DNA of 64,000 nucleotides from a virus. The notes under the pieces are model-generated. The model worked only from the letters and a program-made list of their open reading frames with translations, did no database searches and was not told the origin of the DNA. A program made the translations under genes and the position numbers. This document shows positions 1-10,474 of this stretch, piece after piece; position 1 is the first letter of the stretch, and each line of letters starts with the position of its first letter. The stretch is taken from the IMG/VR virus record IMGVR_UViG_3300033141_005269, positions 13,416-77,415 of that record. One strand, 5' to 3'.

Positions 1-861
1 ATCGACTTGCTAGTAACGCCGGATCATAATATGTTCGTAAAGGAAGATCGCTGGAGCAAATATCGATTTATGGATGCCGAAGAACTAGCTAAGAAAGCGC
101 CATCGAAGCATTATTCTATAAAGAGAGATGCAAGATGGAAGGGAAAAGAGACTGAATGGTTTGAGCTTCCAATTCCAGAAATTAAGAAGAAAAGAACCTT
201 CAAACCGAGAATTAAAAAGAAAGTTCCAATTGAATCCTTCCTAAGATTTTTGGGTTGGTATTTAGCTGAGGGCTGTGCAATAAAGCGAAAAGATGGAGCC
301 TATGAAATTTACATAAGGCAGAAAGACCCCGCAAATGTAGAAGAAATAATCAACTCAGTGGAAGGAATGGGCTTTCATGCTTGGTATGATGGGAAATATG
401 TCCGAATAGGTTCAAAACAATTATTCAAATACGTGAAACAGTTCGGGAAATCCTATGAAAAATTTGTTCCGGGATTTATAAAAGAGCTTAGCCCACATCT
501 GATTAAAATTTTCTTTGAAGCTTTGATGAAAGGCGATGGTCATTATCAAAATGGCAAACTTCGTTCCTTCACTACTACTTCTCCAAAACTTCGCGATGAT
601 GTTCAAGAACTCGCCTTGAAACTTGGAATTCCGGTGGTTATAAGAGAGCGTTCGGGAGAATATAATAAATCAATGGCGAAAGGGAAATGGAGCCAATTTA
701 ACTATCGAACTAGCTGGCAATTATCCTTCGCTACGAAACAACCTAATGCCAGAGCCACGAAAGTTGAGGAAGTTGAATACTCTGGAATGGTCTATGATGT
801 TACGGTTCCAAATCATACATTATATGTTCGAAGAAATGGAAAGGCAGTTTGGTCGGGCAAC
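1..861 (+). mobile_element. Intein with LAGLIDADG homing endonuclease (N-terminal part lies outside the window)
   Basis: Block B-like VTPDH. Endonuclease blocks FLGWYLAEG and FFEALMKGDG. Blocks F/G VYDVTVPNHTLYVRRNGKAVWSGN|C, with AAC at 859-861 followed by a +1 Cys. Confidence 0.93.
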
Positions 862-2076
862 TGCTACGACACAAACAACAGCGATAATGAGTCTGAGTGG
901 ATTCGAGTCCTTGACGTGAACCATCAGTTTGAAGGAGACTGCGTAATAGAAAATGGGCTGATAAGGCTGTGGATAAATGAAGGAGCACATCAAGGTCTAA
1001 AATTCTATTGGTGGAATGGCTCATCGTGGACACTTCAAGTTAGTGATATTGGTATCAAAAGAACCAATGACTGCGATTATCCATTTCTGAAATCTATTAA
1101 CTTCATTTCAACTGAATCTGCATGCCTGAATATACGACTAGAAGATTCGGCAACACAAGACAATGATTATTTTGTAGATATACAAATAACCCTGAAAAGA
1201 GGAAGTTATGCCTTTGAAGTTGATTTTCAACAGGCTTATCCGAATGGTTCAATAGAACCAGACATCAGAGGGTTTGGCGGTGGATTTGTTTATGTCCAAG
1301 ATGACTTGATAGGCGGTGGAAAACTGAGTCTTACTGCGAATAATCCAACGATGACTGACAATTTCATAGCACAGTTTCTCGAAACTGGAAATGCTATTCT
1401 ATTCGTTGTGGCTGTAAACAAGAAACCTGCAGCAAGTAACCAGTGGTTCAGAAGTTGGACAGGAACAACAATAGAACTAGAAAATATTGATAGCAACGAT
1501 ATAGAAGCCACTAAAATGTATTTGGGACTTATTCCTTTCGCTTACGTTTCCAACCTGTTCAAGGAAGCCGAAAACGCAACGCTTGGCGGTGGAGCAACAG
1601 TTGATTCGTCACAGGGTGATGACAGTGGAGATTCGGTGTTGCTGGATGCACAAGGAAACTTTTTGACTGGAACGGGAGATTATGTACATTATCAACTGGC
1701 TGACGTCCTCAACAAGCTACCAAAAGGTAGGTACCTTCTGTTTGTGAGAGCTAAGGACTCTGCACAGATAACTGACGATTTAAGGTTCTACGTTAGAAAC
1801 ACCACAGACAACCGCTACCTTAATGAAGAGAACGATAAGGTTACTAGGACCCTGACTGGTTCCTTCGCTTATTATGGTATCGTGTTCGATTTGACTGACG
1901 ATGATTCCGGAGATACAGTGAGTTTCGTAGCAGAAAAGGCAACCACATCCACCAATAGCATTTGGGTCGACTACTTCCTCATCATTCCAATTTCAAACGG
2001 CAGATCATGGGCACAGGATTTGGCACACGGAGCGTTACGAACGCTTACTCAAACACCAAAAGTTTATCCTCGATAA
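1..2076 (+). CDS. Virion/tail-associated structural protein (5'-truncated) with an intein; C-terminal beta-rich CBM-like region
   Basis: ORF is open from the window edge. After the intein the sequence is D/N/T/G-rich and beta-like (e.g. EAENATLGGGA, IWVDYFLIIP), as in carbohydrate-binding tail proteins. Function is inferred. Confidence 0.5.
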   Translation: MDLLVTPDHNMFVKEDRWSKYRFMDAEELAKKAPSKHYSIKRDARWKGKETEWFELPIPEIKKKRTFKPRIKKKVPIESFLRFLGWYLAEGCAIKRKDGAYEIYIRQKDPANVEEIINSVEGMGFHAWYDGKYVRIGSKQLFKYVKQFGKSYEKFVPGFIKELSPHLIKIFFEALMKGDGHYQNGKLRSFTTTSPKLRDDVQELALKLGIPVVIRERSGEYNKSMAKGKWSQFNYRTSWQLSFATKQPNARATKVEEVEYSGMVYDVTVPNHTLYVRRNGKAVWSGNCYDTNNSDNESEWIRVLDVNHQFEGDCVIENGLIRLWINEGAHQGLKFYWWNGSSWTLQVSDIGIKRTNDCDYPFLKSINFISTESACLNIRLEDSATQDNDYFVDIQITLKRGSYAFEVDFQQAYPNGSIEPDIRGFGGGFVYVQDDLIGGGKLSLTANNPTMTDNFIAQFLETGNAILFVVAVNKKPAASNQWFRSWTGTTIELENIDSNDIEATKMYLGLIPFAYVSNLFKEAENATLGGGATVDSSQGDDSGDSVLLDAQGNFLTGTGDYVHYQLADVLNKLPKGRYLLFVRAKDSAQITDDLRFYVRNTTDNRYLNEENDKVTRTLTGSFAYYGIVFDLTDDDSGDTVSFVAEKATTSTNSIWVDYFLIIPISNGRSWAQDLAHGALRTLTQTPKVYPR

Positions 2077-2078
2077 AA

Positions 2079-2357
2079 TTAATGAGTTAAATATTTCTTG
2101 AGATACTTGCGCCACAAAGCTTTCTTAACTCGCTCGATAATTTCGATTACGCCGAAAGTCGCAGCCCACTCATAAGCTTCATCATATGTTACGCCGAAAC
2201 CAGTCGCAGCGCCACCAACTATCGCGCCAACAATTACTGTTTGAAAGAATTTTTCCGCGTCAAAGTCCTCTTTATCAATCGATTTCGCATATCCTAACGC
2301 GGCATTAAGCATGCCATTAAACATTCCGATTGCGATGTTTTTGAAAAATTCTAACAT
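2079..2357 (-). CDS. Small membrane protein, holin-like
   Basis: Hydrophobic Gly/Ala helices and a basic C-terminus (KKALWRKYLKK); GAGG SD upstream. Confidence 0.4.
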   Translation of the reverse strand: MLEFFKNIAIGMFNGMLNAALGYAKSIDKEDFDAEKFFQTVIVGAIVGGAATGFGVTYDEAYEWAATFGVIEIIERVKKALWRKYLKKYLTH

Positions 2358-2407
2358 TTCGTTTGAACCTCAGTTAAACTTTTTAGTCTGAAGTTACTTA
2401 AAAAGTT

Positions 2408-2722
2408 TTGGTGTGCAGAGTGGCAAGTAAAAAGACATCGAATAATGAAATATACCGTGTATTACTTGACCACAGCGATAGACTCGGAAGGATTGAAGGC
2501 GAAGTCACGAAGATCAATGAATTGAAAGAAACAATTGAAAAGAATTTTAAGGATTTGAAAAAAGATCTGGGGAACCTCGAAACTAAAGTCCAGGAGAACT
2601 CGAATGATATCATAAAGATTAAGCAGACCGCGAGAACGATAACAAAAGTTGGAGGAATCAGTGGCGGAATTATATCATTTGCTTATTTTGTCTTTCAACT
2701 GCTTGCTAGTATTGGTAAGTAA
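2408..2722 (+). CDS. Coiled-coil protein with C-terminal transmembrane helix
   Basis: Heptad-rich region followed by GGISGGIISFAYFVFQLL. Confidence 0.55.
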   Translation: MVCRVASKKTSNNEIYRVLLDHSDRLGRIEGEVTKINELKETIEKNFKDLKKDLGNLETKVQENSNDIIKIKQTARTITKVGGISGGIISFAYFVFQLLASIGK

Positions 2723-3370
2723 AACTTCTCGAATATGTTGCAATGCCTTTTTACCGAGACCCTTTATCGAAATGTTTTGCTGATTAACTGCCTCGAAGAA
2801 AGCTTCCGGTGAACCATATTCCGAAAGAATAACTTCTGATATCTTCGCGCCAATGCCCGGTAAACCTTGTAGTAAATATTTTTGCTTATCACACAAACTC
2901 ATGCTTTTAGCCGGACTGGTTCGAAGAGTGAATGGGTTTTTAATCCCGCCAGCTCGACGAGCAAGCGAGGCAAGAAAACTTACCGTCCATGAGCGAGAGG
3001 GTAGAACTATAATTGGAACCTTCCAACCATATAAAATACTCGAGATTGCACCGGTTATTGAATTGATATCGACTTTAATCCACTTACGTGGATATGCAAG
3101 CGAACCTTCAATTAGAATTACTGGACTTGCTTCTGTTTCCTTCATACGTTTAAGCTGATCAAAAATTCGATTTTGGAAAATTGAACTCATAAAATCGGTT
3201 GGAGTTTTTCGTTCAATTATGAAAGATGTCTTCTCATCACCCCCAAAAATTAGGAAGTCCCCAGTTGGAAGTTTCTGAATGTCCACTTGAAGTCCTTTCG
3301 AAGCGAGTTTATCGCGAAAGTATTTTTTATGATGCTCGCGAGAATCGATTATTATATCCAAACTAATCAC
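2675..3370 (-). CDS. ERCC4/XPF-family structure-specific nuclease with HhH motifs
   Basis: IIDSRE, GDF, IERKTPTDF, LIEG, and HhH LPGIGAK / IKGLGKK. Confidence 0.9.
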   Translation of the reverse strand: MISLDIIIDSREHHKKYFRDKLASKGLQVDIQKLPTGDFLIFGGDEKTSFIIERKTPTDFMSSIFQNRIFDQLKRMKETEASPVILIEGSLAYPRKWIKVDINSITGAISSILYGWKVPIIVLPSRSWTVSFLASLARRAGGIKNPFTLRTSPAKSMSLCDKQKYLLQGLPGIGAKISEVILSEYGSPEAFFEAVNQQNISIKGLGKKALQHIREVLLTNTSKQLKDKISK

Positions 3371-3863
3371 CCTTTGCGGCTTTGCATCCCTCTTTAAATC
3401 CTTCGAGATAAGCTTCCTGAATCAGCGAAGTTTTCATTAAGTTACGATACATTGCGAAGATTGGATCTGGATACTCGATTTCATAACTGAACAATTTCCA
3501 GCTTTCGGCTAAGACTCGATCATAGCCTTCTAATAAACGCTGAAAAGAAGCTCCGGAAAGCTTGTTTTGTTCCATCATGCCTATCGCGCGCAGAATACCC
3601 TCGATTGTTTGCTTTTGAAGTTTACGGTGCGCTTTGAGTGGATTATGCCCTTTTGTTTGTTCAGCTTTGACAGCAAAATGACACTCGGGACAAAGTAAGA
3701 CGAGATTATCGTACGAGTTACTCGCTGGATTTCCATCTTTATGATGACGATGAAAACCATTGCTCAGAGGATTATTACAATTAACATTACCGCATACTCC
3801 GTCTTGCTCGATATATTTACGGGTTACCATGAATTCTGGAAAGTCCTTACGAATTTTGCTCAT
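3363..3863 (-). CDS. HNH endonuclease
   Basis: C-x4-C...HRHHKDGNPASNSYDNLVLLCPECH. Confidence 0.85.
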   Translation of the reverse strand: MSKIRKDFPEFMVTRKYIEQDGVCGNVNCNNPLSNGFHRHHKDGNPASNSYDNLVLLCPECHFAVKAEQTKGHNPLKAHRKLQKQTIEGILRAIGMMEQNKLSGASFQRLLEGYDRVLAESWKLFSYEIEYPDPIFAMYRNLMKTSLIQEAYLEGFKEGCKAAKGD

Positions 3864-3875
3864 TATAAATCACCT

Positions 3876-4295
3876 CTAATTTACCCAAGATTTTTTTCGC
3901 AACCACTTTTTCACTTCGAAACGCGAGTCCTTACCAGCTGGTATATAATGCCCGCCACGCTTTGCAATTTCAAGTTTAACACGTGCGAAAATGTCTGAGC
4001 CGAGATAAGTCTTTGGTTTAATTATCCAGCGATCACCTGCATCCTCGAAATTGAGTAACTTTTTGTCTTCATCATTGAACCAAAAAGAAGGGTGTTTGCC
4101 GAGGTCGAGTTCGAGATACATCGAGACAAGTTTGAAAATATCTTTTCCAAGCTGCGTTATGCCATCGTTTATTAATTGCAACTGGACCGAGAGCGAAGTT
4201 TCAAGTTTATCTAAACGCTTAAGCAAGGCGTCCTCGAAGTTTTTCTTCTCATCCAATTTAAATCGCCCTAACTTTTTCGCCATCGAATTCGGCAA
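3876..4295 (-). CDS. Hypothetical protein
   Basis: ORF in a co-directional run; true start uncertain. Confidence 0.5.
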   Translation of the reverse strand: MPNSMAKKLGRFKLDEKKNFEDALLKRLDKLETSLSVQLQLINDGITQLGKDIFKLVSMYLELDLGKHPSFWFNDEDKKLLNFEDAGDRWIIKPKTYLGSDIFARVKLEIAKRGGHYIPAGKDSRFEVKKWLRKKSWVN

Positions 4296-4848
4296 TACCC
4301 TGTTTAACCATTTCCCGAATTATTTCGTTTACTGGCGGGTGCTTTGCGAACTTATTGTCAAACCATCTATTCATTTCATCAATGGTTATTTCGCGAAGAA
4401 TGGTGAAAACATCCTTGAACGATTCGACATAACTCGAAATATCTTCCTTTGGAACAACTTTTGGAGCCGCAGCCTTAAGGAGCGGCCCCGAAACCTTTTC
4501 AGCGGTGTATACTCGATTGTTCCGAATTTTCGTTTCGCCACGAGCTATTTTTGCCATTTTGTTTTTCAATTTTGGAACCTCATCTGGGTTGCTTGGATCA
4601 GCAAATGCTCTTGAAAGTGCTATCGCGAGTGTTTTGCCTATCCATAGAGTATATGTCTTACCTTTTTCAGCCGGACCAACACTCGAAAGAGCAGTGCCTT
4701 CAACATATTCAACGTCAACACACCATCTGTCCTCATCTTTAACCTGAACCATCCTTGGCTCAGCAAGAAATCGAACGACTGCCCATTGTGGATAATTGAT
4801 TTTCAGGCTTGGTGGATATCTGCTTCTAGAAGCTGAATACCAGCTCAT
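4258..4848 (-). CDS. Hypothetical protein, possibly OB-fold ssDNA-binding with C-terminal winged helix
   Basis: GGAGGTG SD; beta-rich N-half; replication-gene context. Fold is inferred. Confidence 0.35.
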   Translation of the reverse strand: MSWYSASRSRYPPSLKINYPQWAVVRFLAEPRMVQVKDEDRWCVDVEYVEGTALSSVGPAEKGKTYTLWIGKTLAIALSRAFADPSNPDEVPKLKNKMAKIARGETKIRNNRVYTAEKVSGPLLKAAAPKVVPKEDISSYVESFKDVFTILREITIDEMNRWFDNKFAKHPPVNEIIREMVKQGIAEFDGEKVRAI

Positions 4849-5221
4849 TTTGACACCTCCGTAACTATTTCAAAGCCTATTGCGTCGAAGTTTTCATTAA
4901 CTTCGGTCCTAATATCGACTACTTCTTCGTCTTCTGGAATTTCCAGAAGCTTGCATAGCTCGTTTATCGAATATCGCCTTATCACATGAAGTTTCTTTTC
5001 CAAACTCAAAACCTCCAAATCGATACTTGATGTATGTCTTTGTGTTATATTTAAACATTGTGCTACTAACCGGGGAAGCTTTATATATGGCGTTTTGACA
5101 TACTAAATTCGTGAAGAGGTGAAAAAACTGAACAAATTAATGCTTGGAATACTAATACTTTGCTTACCTTTCATAACCCTGGTTCCGGCATTAGCTTTGA
5201 TTATGCTACGAAAAGCGAGGA

Positions 5222-6436
5222 TTGATGAAGATGCTTGATAGGCTGCAACATATCGTATCGCCGAGAGTATTCAAGAGATCTGAGAAAGTCGTGCCAAGGA
5301 TATTTAAACTCGAAGAGATCAACGGTTGTATTACAGCGTATATTCGAGGAAGCAAACAACCAGAAGTACACACGGCAAGCATTGACAAGAACGGCAATTA
5401 CTTTTGCAATTGTCAAGGGTTCATGTCTCACAGCGAGAAGTTATGTTCGCACCTCTTCGCATTACTTCGAAAAATGGAAGAAGATGGAAAAGATATTACA
5501 CCATATGTAAAAGGAATACTGGGTTTTGGTGATGAGAAAATGGAAATAATTAAAACAAGTCTTGAAGGCTATAACAAACTATTCGATGGATTGCATAAGG
5601 GAAGAATAAACGCGATATATGGCAAACCAGAAATGGGAAAAAGCATACTTGATATGCAATTCGCGATAGATGTAATGGAAGCTGAGGAAGGAAACTCGCT
5701 AATAATCGATACGGAAGGCGGAGTTGAAGTAGATTGGTTGAAATATTTTCTGAAGAGAAATCCAGACTTGAGCATCGAACGAGTAACTTGGCCGGTTGAA
5801 GAAGTAGTAAGCGAGAAAGGAAATGCTGTAGAGAAGCGAGTATTGTTTAACTATGATGACTTAGAGTATAAGCCAACTCAAAAGAACACGATTTACATCT
5901 GGGAGTGCAGAACGCTTTTACCAGTTTTAGCTTTTCATGGTAGACCGCTTTACTTCAAGGAATCGGGCGGAGTCATCGAACCAATCGACGAAGTTAGCCA
6001 GCTTAGAACAGTTACGAAGAGCCCAATAGGAAGAATGGTCAAGGAATGCAAAATAAAATACATTGGATATGATAGCATAAGCGCGCCGGTAGAGAGCGAG
6101 TTCACGGGTGGGCAGAGTAACTGGAGGACGCGAGCAAAAACAGAGTTTGTCTTATTGAATAGAACTCAGCAATTGCTCGATAAATTCAATTTGGTTGCGA
6201 TGCTGGTGATTCATTCGACGCAAGGCGGATTTAAGAAGCCAGAGCCTGTAGGCGGAAAAGCTTTACTACATAACTCGAAGTTTGTAACATATATCACGCA
6301 GATAACCAAGCGCAGTGGACCATGGGCTGGTAGCAAATCGCTGAGAAAACTCGAAATTTATCGAAGTCAGTTCAAGGAAAGCTGGAGTGAAAGCGCAGAA
6401 GTAGTGATTACTGATGAAGGCTTTAAGGACGCATAG
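5222..6436 (+). CDS. SWIM zinc finger fused to RadA/RadB-like RecA-family ATPase
   Basis: SWIM YFCNCQGF...CSHL; Walker A GKPEMGKS; IIDTEGG; YDSIS; PVGGKALLH. Internal GGTGA SD before MEIIKTS. Confidence 0.85.
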   Translation: MMKMLDRLQHIVSPRVFKRSEKVVPRIFKLEEINGCITAYIRGSKQPEVHTASIDKNGNYFCNCQGFMSHSEKLCSHLFALLRKMEEDGKDITPYVKGILGFGDEKMEIIKTSLEGYNKLFDGLHKGRINAIYGKPEMGKSILDMQFAIDVMEAEEGNSLIIDTEGGVEVDWLKYFLKRNPDLSIERVTWPVEEVVSEKGNAVEKRVLFNYDDLEYKPTQKNTIYIWECRTLLPVLAFHGRPLYFKESGGVIEPIDEVSQLRTVTKSPIGRMVKECKIKYIGYDSISAPVESEFTGGQSNWRTRAKTEFVLLNRTQQLLDKFNLVAMLVIHSTQGGFKKPEPVGGKALLHNSKFVTYITQITKRSGPWAGSKSLRKLEIYRSQFKESWSESAEVVITDEGFKDA

Positions 6437-6642
6437 CCGGTTCATGGATTATGTTAAGGATATAAAATATCTGCCCGACGGAGAATTCATGGTAAAGCTG
6501 AAAGGGAACTGTAGGATTTGCGGGAAGCTCTTCGAGAAAGAAATAAAACTGAAGAAAGAAGCTTTAATATATAATTACCCCCAAAAATTCGAGGAAGTAC
6601 TAAGTAGAAAATGTGTTTGCGATGAAGAACTGTGCAAAATAG

Positions 6643-7602
6643 CTATTGGATTGACCGCTGGTTAACCCAATTTGCACAAGAACCATCGCATATTCCCAAA
6701 TTTTTCAATGTTTCTTCTTTGAATGGTCGTAAACCGTTTTGTTGGACGCGACGCAGAGTATATTCGATTTGATATCGAGTTTGTTCCTCGTCGAAATCAC
6801 TACATATCCGGAATCGATCAATTATCTTTTCAATTGGAATGCCAGCGAAAATAGCATCTAAAACGTAAGCAAGCCTTACTTCATGGTCTGGAGATTTACG
6901 AAAAGCTTTCTCGATACATGGACGGATCCTAAAATGTCCCAGGTTTTCGCATCCCTCAACTTTATTTTTGCTTTGTTTTATCGCTGCTTGAACGGCAAGT
7001 TTCATTGTATTATTTCGAATATGATGCTCGAGTAAGTCTTGAATATCGATTTCCTCGATAAGCTTTCCGTGCTCGTCATACGGCAAAACTTGTTTGTTTG
7101 TCTTTTCATGTATAGAATATGGAACGCGGCAAAGCGCCGCTAAATGAAGCGGTTTTTTATCGAGGGTCGGGTATACCTTGTTAATTTTTTGCCAATCACA
7201 ACCCACAAGAATTTTTATTAGTTCGCGGTAAGCTCTAAAAGCGATTATTTGCTCATCGTATTTGTAAACAATCGGTGAATCCGAAACGAAGGCGTATAAA
7301 TGATAACCACGATTTCCTGTATCAAAGATAATTGGTTTTGCTCCGAAGCTTTGGAGACGACTATTCAGTTTCAAACAATCCAAACGGGCTAACCATTTGT
7401 TTTTCGAATCAAAATCGAAGAAAACTTTAAAGATGGAATTTTTTGGTTGCACGGAGACAAAGGCTGGCTCGGAATTAATTGTGCAATGTTTGACCCATTC
7501 CGAAAGCTCATCCGAATTATAGATTTTAACGTTCCGAAATCGTCCGAATGTGTAGACCAGATAATCTGGCCCGAACCAATCATTCCAAAACTCTTTTCTC
7601 AT
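6643..7602 (-). CDS. Archaeo-eukaryotic primase (AEP) with C-terminal helical/Cys domain
   Basis: FFDFD (DxD), TGNRGYHLY, RVPYSIHEKT; C-terminal RPCI...HEVR...QTRYQI resembling PriL-CTD/PriX. Confidence 0.8.
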   Translation of the reverse strand: MRKEFWNDWFGPDYLVYTFGRFRNVKIYNSDELSEWVKHCTINSEPAFVSVQPKNSIFKVFFDFDSKNKWLARLDCLKLNSRLQSFGAKPIIFDTGNRGYHLYAFVSDSPIVYKYDEQIIAFRAYRELIKILVGCDWQKINKVYPTLDKKPLHLAALCRVPYSIHEKTNKQVLPYDEHGKLIEEIDIQDLLEHHIRNNTMKLAVQAAIKQSKNKVEGCENLGHFRIRPCIEKAFRKSPDHEVRLAYVLDAIFAGIPIEKIIDRFRICSDFDEEQTRYQIEYTLRRVQQNGLRPFKEETLKNLGICDGSCANWVNQRSIQ

Positions 7603-7619
7603 ATCTCAAAAGCACTTCC

Positions 7620-7964
7620 TCACAATTCGCCGCCGATTGGAGTTGAAGGAAACAGTTTACGGATGCGACTAAGTAAGATACTTCGATGACAGTGGCTAGC
7701 ATCCTTTTCGTAGCAAACTAATACAACGTCTTTTTGCCTTGCACGAGTAGCAATGTTTTTCATCCACGTCCAAGCTTCAATATTTTCAAGTTTTTCGCGA
7801 TAACGTCGAGAATATTCATGCCATGAAATTGAACCGTTTTTATAAGCCTCAAGATCGTCTTTGTTCGGCGCGACTATATCATTACCACGTCCTATCATCA
7901 CGTAGACTACTTCGAAATTATCTGGGAAACTTCTCTTTTTGCTTAAGTATGAAGTATAAAGCAA
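7620..7964 (-). CDS. DUF488-like protein
   Basis: LYTSY, VAP, SWHEYSRRYREKL, LVCYEKDASHCHRSIL. Confidence 0.75.
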   Translation of the reverse strand: MLYTSYLSKKRSFPDNFEVVYVMIGRGNDIVAPNKDDLEAYKNGSISWHEYSRRYREKLENIEAWTWMKNIATRARQKDVVLVCYEKDASHCHRSILLSRIRKLFPSTPIGGEL

Positions 7965-8043
7965 GAAATCGAACCTCCAAAATTAATGATTTGCTCAGGA
8001 AACATCATCGCGAAACACTGCAAGATAATAAATTTGGAAGTTT

Positions 8044-8898
8044 TTAAGTATTACTATCTAGAGATTTCGATGGTTTTAACAAAGAAATTGGAGTTTCAAG
8101 GTAAATTCGATACATGTTTCGCGGAACTGCAAAGTTATGCTCCCTAGCCTCGATAGTTAAATGCTTCGCGACAACTGGCATGGCTATTCGTTTATTGTCC
8201 CAATTATCCTCGCCAACTTCATCAAAAGCGTGCTGTAGAGCGCGAATTATGCGATCGTGAGGCATTTCTGGGAGCTGAACTTTCGGTGGCTTCTTAACTT
8301 TGGGGAGTTTTGGTAAATCAACTTTTTCTTTGAAGAAGACCTGATTTTTATAATCCTTTCCGACTACTCCTTCCCGTCTGTGTCGTCTGCACCACTTAAG
8401 CGCTTGTTCAATATGCTCGAAAAGATCATCTGTGGAAGCGGGAATAAATCTGTCTACAACTCGAACAATCGGTAAGCGATGATGAAAGGCTTTTTGATAA
8501 ATGATATTATATCCAAGAAAACGTTCTGTTTGACAGTCCCAAATATCGAATAATATCCAATGAATATGTTTGCGCTTGGGCTCGATCCTGGTAGGCGAAA
8601 TGCGCTTAAGTAACTCGCCGAATAGGATGTAATCGTTACCATAAATTTGCTCGTCGCGAAGAAGCTCAACTGCTTTCGAAAATTCAGGAGTTGATTTAAG
8701 GCGAGTTTGGATATCATTTGATGCTTGTTCTAGATTGCGGCTTGAGATCCTAACTACTCCGGAGTCATCAAGCCAGATTGAAACGTTTTCGCCGTCTCGT
8801 TTTTCAGTTAGATGAAGAAGCTGACCAATTAATTCGCGACCTTGATTTCGCAAACGGCGAATCGGTTCCAAATCATAATATTTTCTCCATCGAGTCAT
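8044..8898 (-). CDS. ATP-dependent RNA ligase (Rnl2/Rnl3-like nucleotidyltransferase)
   Basis: Motif I TEKRDGEN, SSRN, FGEL, FDI, REGVVGK, FFKEK; no DNA-ligase OB domain. Confidence 0.75.
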   Translation of the reverse strand: MTRWRKYYDLEPIRRLRNQGRELIGQLLHLTEKRDGENVSIWLDDSGVVRISSRNLEQASNDIQTRLKSTPEFSKAVELLRDEQIYGNDYILFGELLKRISPTRIEPKRKHIHWILFDIWDCQTERFLGYNIIYQKAFHHRLPIVRVVDRFIPASTDDLFEHIEQALKWCRRHRREGVVGKDYKNQVFFKEKVDLPKLPKVKKPPKVQLPEMPHDRIIRALQHAFDEVGEDNWDNKRIAMPVVAKHLTIEAREHNFAVPRNMYRIYLETPISLLKPSKSLDSNT

Positions 8899-8937
8899 AA
8901 TTTCGTCCTCTTTTTCGAGGAATACTCAAATGAATGT

Positions 8938-9675
8938 TCAAATTATCAATCCAAAAATGAAGTTTTTATATTGTTGTTTCCACGCGAATATATACTGACA
9001 ATTGCTTTGAGGCCATGTTGAAACTGCTTCTATCGTTGCCCAACTTGCGATATCATTTCCCCAATCGTAACTATATTTTTCGAAAAGCGGCACATCCGAT
9101 AAATCGACGAAGTTATCATCAACTGCTAATTGAACATAATGTTCTTTGTCGAAATCAGCTATCATTAACACGTTATGCCACTTTTTATCAATTGGAATGA
9201 CAAGCCCAGAGTCTACATTACCATTTCTTGTAGCAACAAACACCTTGCCTCGCTTGCCATCAGGTGACCATGGATTTAGCTTTCGGAACATTGATGCTTC
9301 AATCCGACGATGTGAACCTCTGCCAAATTGGTTTCGACCATCATAAATCGTCATGTTCCAGTCGTGTTGTTCAGCATTAAATATTTGCGAGGTTGAAGGT
9401 TTTGGTATAGTTGGCATCCGTGTTTGAAACGCTAAGAACATCTTGGTCAAGTGTATCGGTATGTCTCCCCACGCTTCTTGATATTTCTTTCCTACCAACG
9501 CGTTTGCCCAAGTGTGACGCAACCTTACATTCGAGATAACTTCGCCGTATGTCTCGAGTATTTCCAATGCAACATCATCGATGCTACAAGGACAGCTGGT
9601 GCCGCCACCGGGATTGCATTCAACATTTAACGATAAGCCCTCAAGATTTGGGGAATAAAACAATGGTTTATACAT
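8938..9675 (-). CDS. Hypothetical beta-sandwich (ConA/lectin-like) protein
   Basis: W-rich, with DKKWHNVLM..D and LAVDD patterns. Fold is inferred. Confidence 0.35.
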   Translation of the reverse strand: MYKPLFYSPNLEGLSLNVECNPGGGTSCPCSIDDVALEILETYGEVISNVRLRHTWANALVGKKYQEAWGDIPIHLTKMFLAFQTRMPTIPKPSTSQIFNAEQHDWNMTIYDGRNQFGRGSHRRIEASMFRKLNPWSPDGKRGKVFVATRNGNVDSGLVIPIDKKWHNVLMIADFDKEHYVQLAVDDNFVDLSDVPLFEKYSYDWGNDIASWATIEAVSTWPQSNCQYIFAWKQQYKNFIFGLII

Positions 9676-9691
9676 CGTGTTAATTCGCCTC

Positions 9692-9789
9692 TTTAGCTGC
9701 TAACTCGAAGCAGATCCCGGGTTATCGTCCCGACGGCACGCCGAAGTCAGGACCATCATAGCTAGGCACGCGCAGCCTCGGGTTAGCAT
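9692..9789 (-). ncRNA. 98-nt intergenic BHB intron / putative small circular RNA
   Basis: Minus strand 5' CCU-UAGC-AG^A-UGCUAAC ... GUUAGCA-GCUA-AA^G-AGG: perfect 4-bp helix, two 3-nt bulges and flanking stems, in a GC-rich island. Confidence 0.7.
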
Positions 9790-10474
9790 CTGCTAAGGTC
9801 ATTTCACTATTGGATTCCTTTTGATGAAAAGATCAGCGCTCGCCTTTGTAAATTTTGCGATGTCCTCTGGTTCGCCTTCAATTTCCATATCTGCTTGCTT
9901 GAGTATAACTCGAATTTTCCCCAAATTAATACCTCCTATTTATTGTTGAAGAAAGCTTCTTTAACTTTCAAATCGTTTGCAACTTCTCGAATTAATTCCT
10001 CGTCTTTGGAATGGCAAAACATCCAACCGTTCCTGTATACCACCCATATTTTCCCCTCTTGTTTGACGTTAATCAACCAAGCCAACCTCCTTCGCACATT
10101 CATAATGTCTAAGCTTAACTCGACCATTTGCGAGACTAGAAGCTATTTTATCTCCAATATCGAGTTTTCCACCACAAGTGTAGCAAACAAGCTTTACTCC
10201 GCGAGTTATAAGCAACCTTTTGATCGGTTCATCAATTGTATAAACTTTCAATTCGTAACCTCCAAATTATTTTTCATGAATCGCTGGTCTCGCTCAGTGA
10301 ATATCCATGACAGCTTCTTGATCGCGAACAGAAGGAAATCGTTTATGTCAATGCTTGGGTGATCACTCCAAACTGTAATGATATGTTCCCTCTTTTCACG
10401 GCCAGCAATTGCCGAGCGCAAATAAACTTCGAACCGCTCTTTGTTATATATTATCTCGAACTCAAAAGTAGCCA

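Noticed and set aside
9745-9762. C/D box sRNA inside the 98-nt intron (AUGAUGG, CUGA)
   Set aside because: The boxes are only 2 nt apart in C-then-D order, with no guide regions.
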